Source: Lama guanicoe
Taxonomy: Eukaryota
Direction of reading: 5' to 3'
Assembly (NCBI GenBank): GCA_013239625.1
Contig: MU053934.1
Location: 9,939,352 to 10,003,351, forward strand
DNA: 64,000 nt
Shown: positions 49,489 to 60,634 of the stretch, in pieces
Layout of the letters: each line of letters begins with the position of its first letter
How positions within the stretch are numbered: position 1 is the first letter of the stretch
Position numbers and translations under genes: made by a program
The notes under the pieces: generated by a model
What the model was told of the DNA's origin: nothing
Databases searched by the model: none
What the model saw: only the letters and a program-made list of their open reading frames with translations

Positions 49489-49593
49489 CCGCTGGTGTTC
49501 GGGGCCATGGTGCACAGAGACGAGGCCTTCGAGACCATCTTCAGCCAGTACATGAAGATTACGGCGGCGGCGGCGGCCGGCAGTGACAGCTAG
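49489..49593 (+). CDS. GRAMD4: GRAMD4 last coding exon (coding part)
   Basis: cccgccag|PLVFGAMVHRDEAFETIFSQYMKITAAAAAGSDS*; TAG at 49591-49593. Confidence 0.97.
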   Translation, partial: PLVFGAMVHRDEAFETIFSQYMKITAAAAAGSDS

Positions 49594-51590
49594 TGTCGGC
49601 TCCCGGACGTGGCTGGAAGCTTTTCTTTTTTCAGCAGTTTGGTAGTGGAGAAAAATTGGACATCCTCGTGATTTTTTGCAATAATCCCCCGATCTGTGGT
49701 TTCTCGTGTGTTGACCCTGCGTTTCACAGACCCCTCGCACAGGGGTGGGGCTCTTGAGGGAGGCCCGTCTCATGGACGTCTGTGGACACAGAGGGCAGGG
49801 GGGCCTCGGAGGCCACCTGGAAGGACGACGCACGGGACAGTGCGCGCCCGCCAAGCACAGCTGCTCCTCTGTTCCCGCCCGGGCGGAGCTGGCCGCACAG
49901 CCAGGCCTCGGGGCCAGCAGCTCTTCCGCACCAAAGCCATACCGAGGAGCACGTGTGGCCCCTCCCTGGGTGAAGGACGTTGGCGACGAGGGGTGCAGAG
50001 GGCCCTTAGCAGCCACCGTGAGCAGCCAGCCCTTGGGGGAGATCCCGTGTGTGTCCCAGCCAGGAGGCCTGTCCTGGGCACCCGACCAGGACACGGTGGT
50101 GTGTGGGGCAGTGCACCCGTTCAACACGCCGCACTTCGCAGGGGCCCAGGAGGGCAGCCGCGTCGGGGGCACTGGGCTTTGGGGCTCGCGCTGGCCTCCA
50201 GGCCGGGTCGGGGAGGGAGGGGCTCAGGGTGGGAGCGGACAGCCTGCCCCTGCGGGCTGCACAGGGGTCCTTAGGAGCCACCGGCTTTGGGGCACAGCCG
50301 TGAGCAGGGACCAGGGCTTTGGAGCCGCAGCCCCGGGGCCCCCACACACGAGTGAAGCCCCAGCCCTCATGGAGGCCGGAGCAGGTGTCTCCCAGGCCCG
50401 GTTCTTCCCGGTCAGCCCTTTAAGGTGACGGGGCGTGGGGACAGCACAATGGCCTCAGAGAGGGACACGGGAGGAGCCCGCTGGGCCAGCGAAGCCACCT
50501 TCCCGCTCAGCACATGTTCAGTGCAGGCCCCTCTGGTTCCTTGGCTTGTCCTGAGTCCTCTGGGTGTCGCTGAGGTGGATTTTTGAAGAAACAGATTATA
50601 TTTTTTACAGAGAGCAAGCTGTTTTTCTTATTTTTGTATCATTTTTCAGATGTAATTTTTACCTTTGCTCTGATCCTCATTTGCTGGTGGCATCGCTCTT
50701 GTCACCCCGTCACAGGGGGGGACCTGCCCACCAGCCAGACGAAGCACATGCCCCGGCCCCTGGGTGAGGTCCTGGAGCCCCAGGGCCCGCCCGGCTCTCA
50801 GTCACACGGCCATCGGCATTCGGGTGATTCTGCAGGTTGATCTTTAGTAGACGAAGGCAGAGCCCACCCTGACCCTGGCTTTGGCCCCATGGTCAGCGCC
50901 TGTGGACCGGTTTTCCTGGGCCCCGTGAGGCCCTGGGGACACACCCAGCCTGTGCCTGAGGCAAAGCAGAGGGGCTGAACTGGCCCAGGAACGGCTGCGG
51001 TGGGCAGGGAGTCCAGGATGCTGTTTAAATCCTCTCCCTCGGGGCTGCCGTGGGGCCAGCGCGTGTCCCTGTAAGGCCCCTGTCCCCAGGCGGGGCGGGT
51101 GGGCCCTGCAGCGCGGCCTGCCCTCTTCAAGCGGCGTGGTTGGCGGGAGTCCCTTCTGAAGATGGAGGGAGATGAAGGCTGACCACGCGCTGGGGGTGCT
51201 GCCCCCAGCTGTGCGGGGCCGCAGGCAGGCCCTTCCCGGGAGCCCAGGACCTTTGTCAGGAAGAGGGCGCACCTGTGCAGGCTCGGGGCTCCCCGTCAGA
51301 GGGGACCTGCAGCTTTTATTGAATTGTGTGAATCTGGGCAGATACTTAATTTCTGCGACTAATCACTGAACTAGAATGAATGTTAAATTTTTTATGTCTG
51401 AAGCTTGAGTCTATTTTGGATCTGTACATAATCGTTACCTGTGTAACTTTTGTTCAACAAAGGATTGTACTATATGAACTGATGAAAAAAAACACGCTGT
51501 AACTTTTTTTTTAAAGAAAACCTTGTTTAAAGAAAAAGTCTTGTATAAATTATAATTTTTATTTAAATAAACCTGAAATGCTTTGTGCTC
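49594..51590 (+). other. GRAMD4: GRAMD4 3' UTR (about 2 kb; 3' end approximate)
   Basis: Runs from the stop codon to an AU-rich terminal block with AATAAA. Confidence 0.75.
51566..51571 (+). terminator. GRAMD4 polyadenylation signal AATAAA
   Basis: AATAAA at the end of an AT-rich block with upstream TGTA elements; GC-rich sequence resumes just downstream. Confidence 0.8.
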
Positions 51591-52829
51591 AGGGGCGGGG
51601 GGCAGCTCGGTTTTCCTGGTAGGGTCCCCATGCACCGTGGGTGGCTGGACTGGGACAGGCTGACACCACTGGCCCCTTGGGGTGGCCCAGGACCCCTGTG
51701 GCCACTAGCACTGAAGGGCAGTAGGGATTTCAGCAACAAGGCTGAGGAGTGAGGTGGGCATCCAGGGAGGGCGTGTGGATGGCGAGAAGCTGGGAGGCTG
51801 GTGGCTGGTGGCCGGCAGGGAGGGGCATGCAGGGGCCAGTGCTCGGGGCAGCAGGGAGTGGCGGCGGGGGTGCCCAGAGATGGGGCAGAAGCAGCACCTT
51901 CAGTTTGGGTTCCAGGTCCTGGCCCCACCCAGAGGTGCCTTCCCTGGGGGCCGTGGGCATCTCTGGGACCAGGTGCTGCACTTGGCCCCCCCCCCCCGAG
52001 GTCTGAGGCTGAGGGGCCCTGCTCAGAGGTGGCCTTAGTGGCATGTGTGGCTCAGCTGTCCAGTCACTGACACTGGACACAGAAGGATGCAGGAACCCAC
52101 CTGGCTACTGCAACCACTGGGCTTGCACACAGACACCCGTGGGCACCCAGCTTCCTGCACCCTGAACCCCCGAGAGGCAGAGGACTGCCTGGGTCCCAGG
52201 GAGTGGCCAGAGCTGGATGGAAACCAGGTCCGGTGGGCCAGCTCCACTCTCAGAGCTGTGGCCTCGCACACCACACCTGTCCATCTGTCCACCTATCCTT
52301 TCATCCATCCATCCATCCACCACCAGGGCTGTTCCAGGGGCTGGGACGCAGCAGCGACGAACAACCCCTGGGGCCTGGCACACACCCAGCATCCCGGGAG
52401 GCTGCCCCTGCCTGGTGAATCCTGACAACACAGGAACGTACTGTTTACAGCAGCGCCGGTGAGTGGATCTGATGAACGTAGGGTAAATAGAGAAGGTCCC
52501 ACATTGACCACAGAAGGGTGTTCGTGGTGAACCAAGGGTTGTGGTTAATACCGTTCACCCCACGGTAACCAGCAGGCAGAGCCGACTCCACAGTTGTTGG
52601 CTGTAGCAGGGACTGGAGCGAGGGGGTGGCTACCAAGGTGTAGACCCTGGAGACCATAGGAGGCACGGGGCGCAGCCACTGCCCGTGGGCCAGGGCTGCG
52701 CATGGGCGGAAGGATCCAAGACCCTGTCATGTGCAGGAGAGCCTCCCAGCTGGCTGCGACCTGTCCCCAGAAGCCCAGCTCCTCCCTCCTCTGGGGCCCC
52801 ATGGCCCTCACTGTCCCAGGCTGGCCTCA

Positions 52830-53245
52830 CACCAACAACAAAACCATAGAGAAGAGCCTCAGAGATTCATGATCACAGAAGCCCCAAATCTACAAACCAT
52901 TTAAGAGGCACGTGTTCTGGACACAATCTGACAAATAAAAAACAACTGCATTTCTGTGCAAAAACACATTTTAAAGGCCAACAGATTGCAAACAGGAAGT
53001 TTTTAAGAACAAATCTAAACAGAGTTAAGAGACTGACGGGAAGATTGTCGACCTCTACTGAAGACACACAGCTTCATACAAATGGAAACACACGCGATGT
53101 TCACAGACATAGGAAACTCAGTTTTATGATAACAAGGTCTTCTCAGAGCACACAGAATGACAGTTACAGGAAATGACACGCAGTACAATGCCTTTAAATA
53201 AAGGGCAAAACCTGCAAAACTGAATACATCATCTGAGAATAAACA
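52830..53245 (+). mobile_element. Old L1 ORF2-region remnant
   Basis: A-rich; caactgcatttct, aaatggaaacacacgcgatgttcacagacataggaaactca. Confidence 0.5.
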
Positions 53246-53249
53246 TATA

Positions 53250-53468
53250 GGGCAGGGAAAAACCTTTCTCCTACCCTCTTAGATTCAGGAACTGAGGCCT
53301 GTGAATCAAACTGACAAAAGGCAAACTAGAAGAAAAGGCATACAATTTTTTAAATAACTAATGTGTAAATTTATTTTTCTGTGCCTGGAGGCTTTTTAGA
53401 GAAACAGTGGAGACCCAAAGAGGTGGTTAGGCCCAGAGCCTTAGGTACCATTTTAATAAAGGGCCATA
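53250..53468. mobile_element. ERV LTR-like fragment interrupted by an L1 (appears to continue after 54115)
   Basis: taccctcttag, aactgacaaaag, gacccaaagag motifs recalled from ERV LTRs; family not assigned. Confidence 0.45.
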
Positions 53469-54101
53469 CCCAGGCATATATCTGGAGGGAACTCTAATTG
53501 GAAAAGACACACACCCCCCAATGTTTATAGCAGCACTACTTAACAACAGCCAAAGCATGGAAGCAACCTAAATGTCCATCAACATATGACTGGAGAAAGA
53601 AGTTGTGGTTATATGTAGAATGGAATACTACTCAGCCATGAAAAAGAATAAAATTCGCAGCAACATGGATGGACCTGGGGACTGTCATACTAAGTGAAGT
53701 AAGCCAGAAAGGAAAAGAAAAATACCATATGCTATCACTCATATATGGAATAAAAATAAAAAGCACAAATGAACTCATTCACAAAATAGAAACAGGCTCA
53801 CAGACAGAGAAAACAAACTCATGGTTACCGGGGGGAAAAAGGGTGGGAAGGGATAAATTGGGAGTTCAAGATTTGCAGATACTAACTACTATATACAAAA
53901 TAGATAAACAACAAGTTTCAACTGTGCAGCACAGGGAACTATATTCAATACCTTGCAGTAACCTATGATGAAAAAGAACACGAAAAGGAATACATGTGTG
54001 TATGTGTATGACTGAAACATCATACTGTACACCAGCAATTGACGCAACACTGTAAACTGAATGTACTTCAATTAAAAAAACAAAACCCACCAACAACAGA
54101 A
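53469..54101 (+). mobile_element. 5'-truncated L1: ORF2 C-terminal end, 3' UTR and A-rich tail, with TSD
   Basis: aatgtttatagcagcacta, ggaagcaacctaaatgtccatc, atggaatactactcagccat, MDLGTVILSEVSQ; TSD aataaagggccata / agtgaagggccgta. Confidence 0.92.
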
Positions 54102-54669
54102 AGTGAAGGGCCGTAAATTCATCAGGAAGTGACAAGACAAAGGAAAGGCAGCTTGGACTTCTGGGGTAAAAGTAACCGCTGGGGAACTGCGAGTGGGGGA
54201 GGCTAAGGGCACAGGAGCGCGGACCCGCCTCAGTGCGGACGGTCTCCAGTGCTGAAGGGGTTCCGGAGAGCGGGGGCACCCCTCCCCCGGGGAAGGGCTG
54301 TCCTTTCGCGCAGACGGGGGAGGGCAGAGGGCTCCTTTTGCATCTGCTGCTTAACTGCCTTCTGCTCTAAGCAGTCCTTGTGCACAAGGGGCATATGTGG
54401 TGCCACGGTCTGGCCGTCTCGCACAAAACAGTGAGGGAGTGATACACTCAGCTTTCAAAACGGTCACCTTCCGGGAGGAGGCTGGGGAGGCTCGGTCCGC
54501 GCGGGACCGCGGGGAGCTCTGGGCTGAAGTCCGGGTTCCTGGCGCTGGGCCGGGGGTTGGGGCAGGGACACCATCATTCCCGTGTCTCTTGTTCTTTAAC
54601 TTGTACGTGTTTTCACAGAAAACACTCTGCTTTGAAAATAACAGGAACTTGTAAGAGGGGAAAAAAGCC

Positions 54670-56733
54670 AAATTCTGCCCAAAGTAACTTTATTTCTCTT
54701 CTCGAACACATCAGAGTGAATATGCCATTTTCTAACCTTGCATCCAACAAGATTAGAAGGGAAATTAAGACACCCCCCAACCCACACCGCCCAGGGACAG
54801 GAGACGGCGGGAGGGACAGTCAGACGCCCACCGACGCCCTCACCTCGGAATCCGGGTGACCAGGAAGAGGGCCTGGGTGTGGCTGCTGCCCCTTTTGCAC
54901 CGAGCCACGAAGGAAGTTAGAACCTAGACTGGTGCCTCTCCGTGATCCTGAGAGCTCACTTTCCAGCCATCGGTTCTGATTTTTCTCTTAAAAAATCAGA
55001 CTGCAGGCGATGTAGTCGCTGGGCCAGAGTCCTGGCGTGCAGGGAGGTCTGAAAGGTCTACGGTCCTGTGATGTGTCCTCCGCAACTCTGGGGGATGAGG
55101 GGGAAGGGCCCCAACAGTCACACGACCCCCAGGAACAGTTCCAAGGTTCACAATGTCCAAGGTCAGCACGTGGTCAGTGATTCTTGCCAAAGCCACCCGG
55201 GAGCCACGTGGTGCGACTTGGTTTCTTGCAGAACGTAAAGTCCTGACCCTCCAGCCTGCATGGCTTTTCTAGAATTGGCAGTGGATTCCAGGGCGGGCCA
55301 GTGACCGGCAACATTCACCAGGATGAGAAAGATGGAGACTCCCGGGGGGTCCCTCGCGCCCCCGTGCGGAGCAGCGGGCCCGGAGCGTCTCTTTACTCCC
55401 CACCCCCACCATCGTCGGCCCCTCTGACTTTCGTGATCACTCAACATGCTCTATCAAAACCGCTGTTGAAGCTGCCCTCGCATCCGGCCTGGGCGGGACT
55501 GAGGGAAGACGTGGGGACTCTCACGTGAACTGCAAAGCAGAAATCATTCCCAGCGATTCTGAGAACGCACGGCGTGCGCGGGCGGCCCGCACCACCGCCT
55601 GGCCCCGCCTGTCGCCTGGCCCCGCGCCACCGCCGGTCTCCGCCGCAGCCTCTCACGAAGCTTCCAGTGAAGGGCTTCAGGAGTTCACCCTTCCACGCAC
55701 ACGGGGAGCACAGACCAAACGAGGCCCGGCGGGAGCGCCCCGCCCCCGAGCGGGAAACAAATCGAAACATCGACAGTCAGGACCCCGCAGGCAGCCTTCC
55801 GGCTTAAAGGACAAAACTTGCAATAAATACAGAGAAGTAAGTGTGAAGATGAGAAAAGAACAAACCTGGCCCACGGACACAGCCTCGGGGCTGCACCGAA
55901 GTCAGCCCGGAGGGTGGGGCCCTCGCCCCAGGGGTGGGCCCTCGGCGTGAAGCTCACCCACCGCGCAGCTGCCCTCTGCCGTCCACCCTGCGCCTCCAGG
56001 GAGCACAGGTTTTCTATATTTAAAGCAGTAAGACACGTGTGAGGGCTTTACAAGCTGCCAGTCCCAGAGCTCCTGCCTTGGTCCTGCTCCCAGCTGGACT
56101 GTCTCAGAAACAGCCCTAGGATGAAAGCCAGAACCGAGGGCGTAAAGACACAGCGCCGTCACTGTCAGCGCCCTCCTCGCGCTAAATCGGGCTGCTCTGC
56201 AAGTGTGACCTGAAGCAGGACTGTTGCAGGGACAGGGAGGGCCCGGTAACGACGCCTGGCCACGAGCCAGGACGCAGGCAAAGACCACCAACTGCTCTCC
56301 AGGCCTGGCTCACGGCTACCAGAACGAGCCGGCGAATCCCACCTGCGGCCCTGCAGACGCCGCAACCCCGATGCAAAGCACTCATGTTGCACCGTCCCTA
56401 AGATCACAGCAACGGAGCCACTGACGGGCCGTGGTCAAATCTGCACTGGTGGCACGGCTGCAATCGCGAAGCTGGCGCCCCACACCCGCCAGTGCTGCCT
56501 GCTGACAATACGTTACAGGAGACGCAACCCTGGGATTCACACAGAACTGAAAATGCCAAACGCGGCCCCAAAACTGGTGACAGAAGGTATTTTTTCTAAA
56601 ATCAAGATTTAACTATCAAAAATAAATTTCTAAATTTAAAGGTATATCAGCATAATTGGTCTGCAGTAACCTTCTTAAGTAAGCGTCACGCTTCCCAAGC
56701 ACAGCAGGAAGGCGAGCGTTGCGAGGCGGCGTC
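54670..56733 (-). other. CERK: CERK 3' UTR (about 2 kb; 3' end approximate)
   Basis: Runs from the stop codon to a minus-strand AATAAA; AU-rich block just after the stop. Confidence 0.65.
54689..54694 (-). terminator. CERK polyadenylation signal AATAAA
   Basis: TTTATT on the + strand, followed on the minus strand by U-rich downstream sequence (ggcttttttcc, tgttattttc). Confidence 0.7.
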
Positions 56734-56791
56734 TCAGCTGCCTGGTTCCTCGATTCCTCGTGCAAAGAGCCGGACCAGCTGGCAGTGGACC
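56734..56791 (-). CDS. CERK: CERK last exon (coding part)
   Basis: Minus strand tctctgcag|(R)VHCQLVRLFARGIEEPGS*; TGA at 56736-56734. Confidence 0.95.
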
Positions 56792-58464
56792 CTGCAGAGA
56801 CAAAGGGCCGCCCTCACACCCCGCGCGTCCCCCGGCCCTCGGCCCCACAGCCGGCCCAGGGCGGAGGTGGGCCTCGTTCACCACGGACAGTGGGTCTCAC
56901 CGCGGCCGTCGGGTCCCACCCGGCAGTGACAGGTCAGGGGCGCAGAGTGATTCAGCTACGCGCCTGAGAGGCCCATCTTCAAAGGGCAGCTGGTGGCCAA
57001 GTGGAAACCCAGAGATCCAGAGACCCAGTTCTAATTCCAGCACCACACTTGCCAGCGAGTGACAAAGCCACAGGCCTCCACTGCCCCGACCTCATCAGCA
57101 CCGACCACACAGGCCCCGGGGAGGGTCCCACGAAGGGCAGCCCCACGCATGCAGGAGACGCAGGAAACTTTCAGTCATGGAAGACAAGCAGCCCCATGCC
57201 GGCCAGAGAGGAGGGCTGGGCTGAGGTCCCCGGGGACCCCCCTGCCTGCCACACCAGCTCCAGGACGTGACGAGTGAGGGGCTTGGAGGTCAGCGTCGGC
57301 TCTTGGGTGCCCTGCTGGCAGGGCGACCTTCCCACTTCATTAATGATGTCACAGCCTCCTTGGATCTTTAGCAACAAAAACCCCGTAACTGACTCACTCT
57401 TCAAGGCACCGTAGTATTTATCAAGTTAAGATATTTTTCACAAAAGAATGCCTTGCCTAATTTTAAAAAATTCATAAGCCAGTAGGAAAAGTAATTCCAT
57501 TTCCTTAACTCATAAAATGAGTCTACAGAAGCCGAATCCCTGCATGTACGACTGGTGTGGTGGGGTTTCCTGCCACCTCACAGCCCCTGGTCCCCAGACA
57601 TGAGCTGGGCAGCCACTGCCACACTGACCACATCCTGGTCACAAGAACAGGGAGCAGGGGGCGTGGGACTCAGGCCCCTGATGGCTTCGTTTGGACGCTA
57701 ATGGTAAGAAGACAAAGCTGGGACCAGCAGCTGGTCAGCTGAGAAGCCAGAAAGTGGGGACTTATCAACAGGGACACAAGTCATCTTCCACACCGTAACT
57801 GGACACGTGGAAGGGGACACCCACCACATCACTCATCCTTCCACGTGGCAGGCGGGTGGGCCTCCAGCTGCCCCTCACCTTCCTCATGTGATGCCCGCTC
57901 TGCTGTCATCAGGGAGTGTCCAGCTTGGTCTCCTTCAAGTGGACCAAGATCCTGAAGACATCTGTACCGGGGCAGGATCCTTCTGCAACTTTACCATTCT
58001 CCCTAATCTCATCTAATTTTTACACACACACCTCAACCAATAGCCTATTGCAAAAAAACAGCTTCCTTCACTGTATCTGTCCACGGGGAAGAAACTTGCT
58101 TTGCACTCGTATGGTTGTGTGATACGTGTAGTCAGACTACAAATTTCCAAGTCCAAGTGCAATGGGCCCAGCAGGCCCAGGACCAGGGCGTGAGCCTGGT
58201 GCCAGGCCCTCAGCAGGGCTGCAGCCAGGCTCCAGAACCGCCTCCTGGGGTCCAGTGAACCCAGGACTCGGAAGTGCCCACGAAGGCGGCTTGTCTGCTT
58301 AATTAGGAGATGGGAGAAAGAACGCCAGCGCTGGGGTGCAGGGCATGGAAGAGAAAAACAAAGTAGGGGACTTCTGAACCGGCAAAACCCCCAGTATCTT
58401 CCTGAGGCCCCCACGCCACGCGGCGCCGGGGACGGCGCGGCGGCGGCCTCCGAGCCCCGCTCAC

Positions 58465-58673
58465 CTGACGTCCACGGCGGGGCTGCGCAGGACCTCGCCG
58501 TCGCAGTTCCAGGAGCTGCTGGGCGCGGCGCAGCAGCAGGGCGGCTGGTCGCTGCAGATCTGCCCGAACCGCTTCTTCCCGCGGCCCCGGACGCTGCCGT
58601 CCTCGTCCTCCGCCGCCTGGGACACAAACTGGAACCTCTTGACGCGGTAAACTTCAACGAAAGTGAAGTCGAA
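58465..58673 (-). CDS. CERK: CERK penultimate exon
   Basis: Minus strand tcttggtag|FDFTFVEVYRVKRFQFVSQAAEDEDG...SSWNCDGEVLRSPAVDV|gtgagc; 209 nt; carries the DGE motif of the DAG-kinase/SPHK/CERK family. Confidence 0.96.
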
Positions 58674-58837
58674 CTACCAAGAGACGGCGAGACGGACCGT
58701 GTTCCTGGAGGCCGGGGCCAGGACCGCCTCCGAGCTGCCGTCCCACAGCTGGAGACGAGGAGTCCCCCAGGCCCGCGTCCCAGACTCTTAAAACCCGGCT
58801 CACCCGCAGGGACAGTGGCTTCTTAAAGAATTCTGTG

Positions 58838-58988
58838 GGGGGAGGTGTGCAGCTCAAGTGGGAGAGCACGTGTCTGATCAGCACACACAAGGGCCTCGGT
58901 CAATCCCCAGTACCTCCTCCAAAAATAAACAAACAAGGAAACCTAGCTACCTCCTCCCCTAAAAAGACTAAAAATAGAAAAAAAAAAG
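58838..58988 (+). mobile_element. tRNA-derived SINE (Vic-1-like) with exact TSD
   Basis: agctcaagtgg A-box, caatccccagtacctcc, A-rich tail; TSD agaattctgtg at 58827-58837 and 58989-58999. Confidence 0.88.
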
Positions 58989-59077
58989 AGAATTCTGTGC
59001 TTCCCGAGCACTGACTCGTACCATTGTTTATCTCCTGAACCACCTCTACTTAAAAAGCCACATAAAAACTCCACCGC

Positions 59078-59165
59078 GGGGAGGGTGCAGCTCAGCGCAG
59101 AGCACGCTTAGCACGCAGAGGTCCTGGGTTCAACCCCCAGGGCCTCCGTCAAAAAACAGCAAAAA
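59078..59165 (+). mobile_element. Short tRNA-derived SINE (Vic-1-like)
   Basis: ggggagggtgcagctcag...gcttagcacgcagaggtcctgggttcaacccccag then an A-rich tail. Confidence 0.8.
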
Positions 59166-59673
59166 CCATTATCAGACTAGATCTTACAAGCAATTCAAGT
59201 AAATAAGCCCACAAATCTTGCTGAGACCAGAGGCTGACCAGCAGCTGCACTTGTCCGGGCACCGTCAGACCCGGGGCCTCCCCTGGGTCACCACAAGGGT
59301 GCCGGGGACTAAGGAAAGGTTTGCTGGAAGGGTCTCCACAGAGCTCCTTTCTGGGAGCCAAGATTTTGTTGTAAGTGACCCGCCAGGGCAACACAAAATT
59401 TCACCGCATCGCTTTGCTCTGTTAATAGCAGGAGAAAGGACAGGAAGACATGTCAACATTCCCACCTCCTAGTTCCTGCGCTCAAGGACTTCACCTTCTT
59501 AAATGAGACTTTATAAGAAGTAGCTACGAAGGAGCGTTCAAAACGGGTGAAATGCAAACAAAAATCTCTCGCCCCACCCCCTGACCTCACAGTGGCTCCT
59601 ACGACACAGACGGGGTCACCCAGGCGGAAGCCGCCCGCCAGCCCGGCCCGCGTTGGGGAAACGCAGCCCTCAC

Positions 59674-59879
59674 CTGGTCGCCCTGGTTGGTGTGCCTGAC
59701 CAGGAACCTCAGGAAGTTGAACCTGGAGCATTTCCGGATGAGGATGAGGTCAGAAGAGCCGTCCCCCAGGTGGGCGGACGGGGAGAGGCCCCTCGGGCAC
59801 CGGGGACAGGCGCAGGACATGTTGGTGGCGTTGATGGCCAGGAACTGCCCGCAGACGACCTTCCACTCCTCCACCTCCT
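59674..59879 (-). CDS. CERK: CERK exon (third from the 3' end); includes the calmodulin-binding-type segment CSRFNFLRFLVRHTNQ
   Basis: Minus strand tgcttcag|(E)EVEEWKVVCGQFLAINATNMSCACPRCPRGLSPSAHLGDGSSDLILIRKCSRFNFLRFLVRHTNQGDQ|gtgagg; 206 nt. Confidence 0.97.
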
Positions 59880-60091
59880 CTGAAGCAGAAAGAATTTCAG
59901 ACACTGCATGGATCCTGAGCTGGCGGGTGGGGGTCCTGAGCTGACAGGGGCGGGATCACTGCCATGAACGCTCCCCGCAATCAGCCATCAACACAGAGAA
60001 AACTGTGTGGCTGCTGGGCCCTGAGGTCGCTCCCGAAAGTCAGAGCTGTTTCTTGGGTCCTCATCTGGGACTTCTGGACAATGATTCAGAG

Positions 60092-60350
60092 CAGGGCTCA
60101 CCAAATCTGGCCCACCACCTGGTTTTGTGAGGCCTGTGAGCTGAGAACGATTTGCACATTTTTAAATGGTGGTGGAAAAAAGATCAAAAGAAGAAGAGCA
60201 TTTTGTGACATATGAAAAATGACACAAAATACAAATTTCAGCGTCCGTAAGGAGTTGCTGGAGCAGCACCGAGCCCACTCCCTTCCAAGCGGCTAGCGAA
60301 GCCTGAAGACTTTACTCGAGCCCGGAGCAGAACCACTCGCTGACCCCGTT
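60092..60350 (+). mobile_element. MER58B-like hAT-Charlie element
   Basis: ccaaatctggccc, tgagctgagaa, acatttttaaatgg, aaaagaaga, ttttgtgacatatgaaaa, aaatttcagcgtcc. Confidence 0.75.
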
Positions 60351-60557
60351 CCAGAACATTCTAGAGACTGGCACCACAGTGGTATTTCAGAGGAACCTGG
60401 CAGGATGGGCGTGACCACAATATCCGGCAAAGGCCACCGCATGCCCTGCCTGGAGCTAAAGCGGGAGCAGGTACAGAGCTGTGGGGCGGACGGGGCAGGT
60501 GGGGGAACCCAGGCTGGATTGGGGTCCCGGCCAGGCCGCAGGCGGCCCGGGCCTTAC

Positions 60558-60634
60558 CGCCGCTCTCCAAGCCGTACAGCGACCGCTTCTGCTCCTCTTC
60601 CAGCTGCTGCCTGCTCTGCCTGCAAACGAAGCAC
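60558..60634 (-). CDS. CERK: CERK exon (fourth from the 3' end); completes the CxxxCxxC motif (CRAGCFVC)
   Basis: Minus strand cccccag|(G)CFVCRQSRQQLEEEQKRSLYGLESG|gtaagg; 77 nt. Confidence 0.96.

Larger units (their letters stand above)
12975..49593 (+). other. GRAMD4: GRAMD4 coding span (18 coding exons, 578 aa): coiled coil, hydrophobic membrane segments, C-terminal GRAM domain
   Basis: Spliced exons sum to 1737 nt and translate MLRRLDKIRFRGHKRDDFLDLAESPNASDTEC...PLVFGAMVHRDEAFETIFSQYMKITAAAAAGSDS*, matching GRAMD4 as I recall it; adjacency to CERK fits known synteny. Confidence 0.98.

Noticed and set aside
48769-50172. 467-aa antisense ORF (also 45973-47121 and 31368-32336)
   Set aside because: Antisense shadows over GRAMD4 exons and GC-rich introns, with no protein-like features
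2345-54101. Inverted pair of related L1 3' ends bracketing GRAMD4 as a composite element or dsRNA source
   Set aside because: Independent insertions of an abundant family about 51 kb apart; the second lies beyond the GRAMD4 poly(A) site
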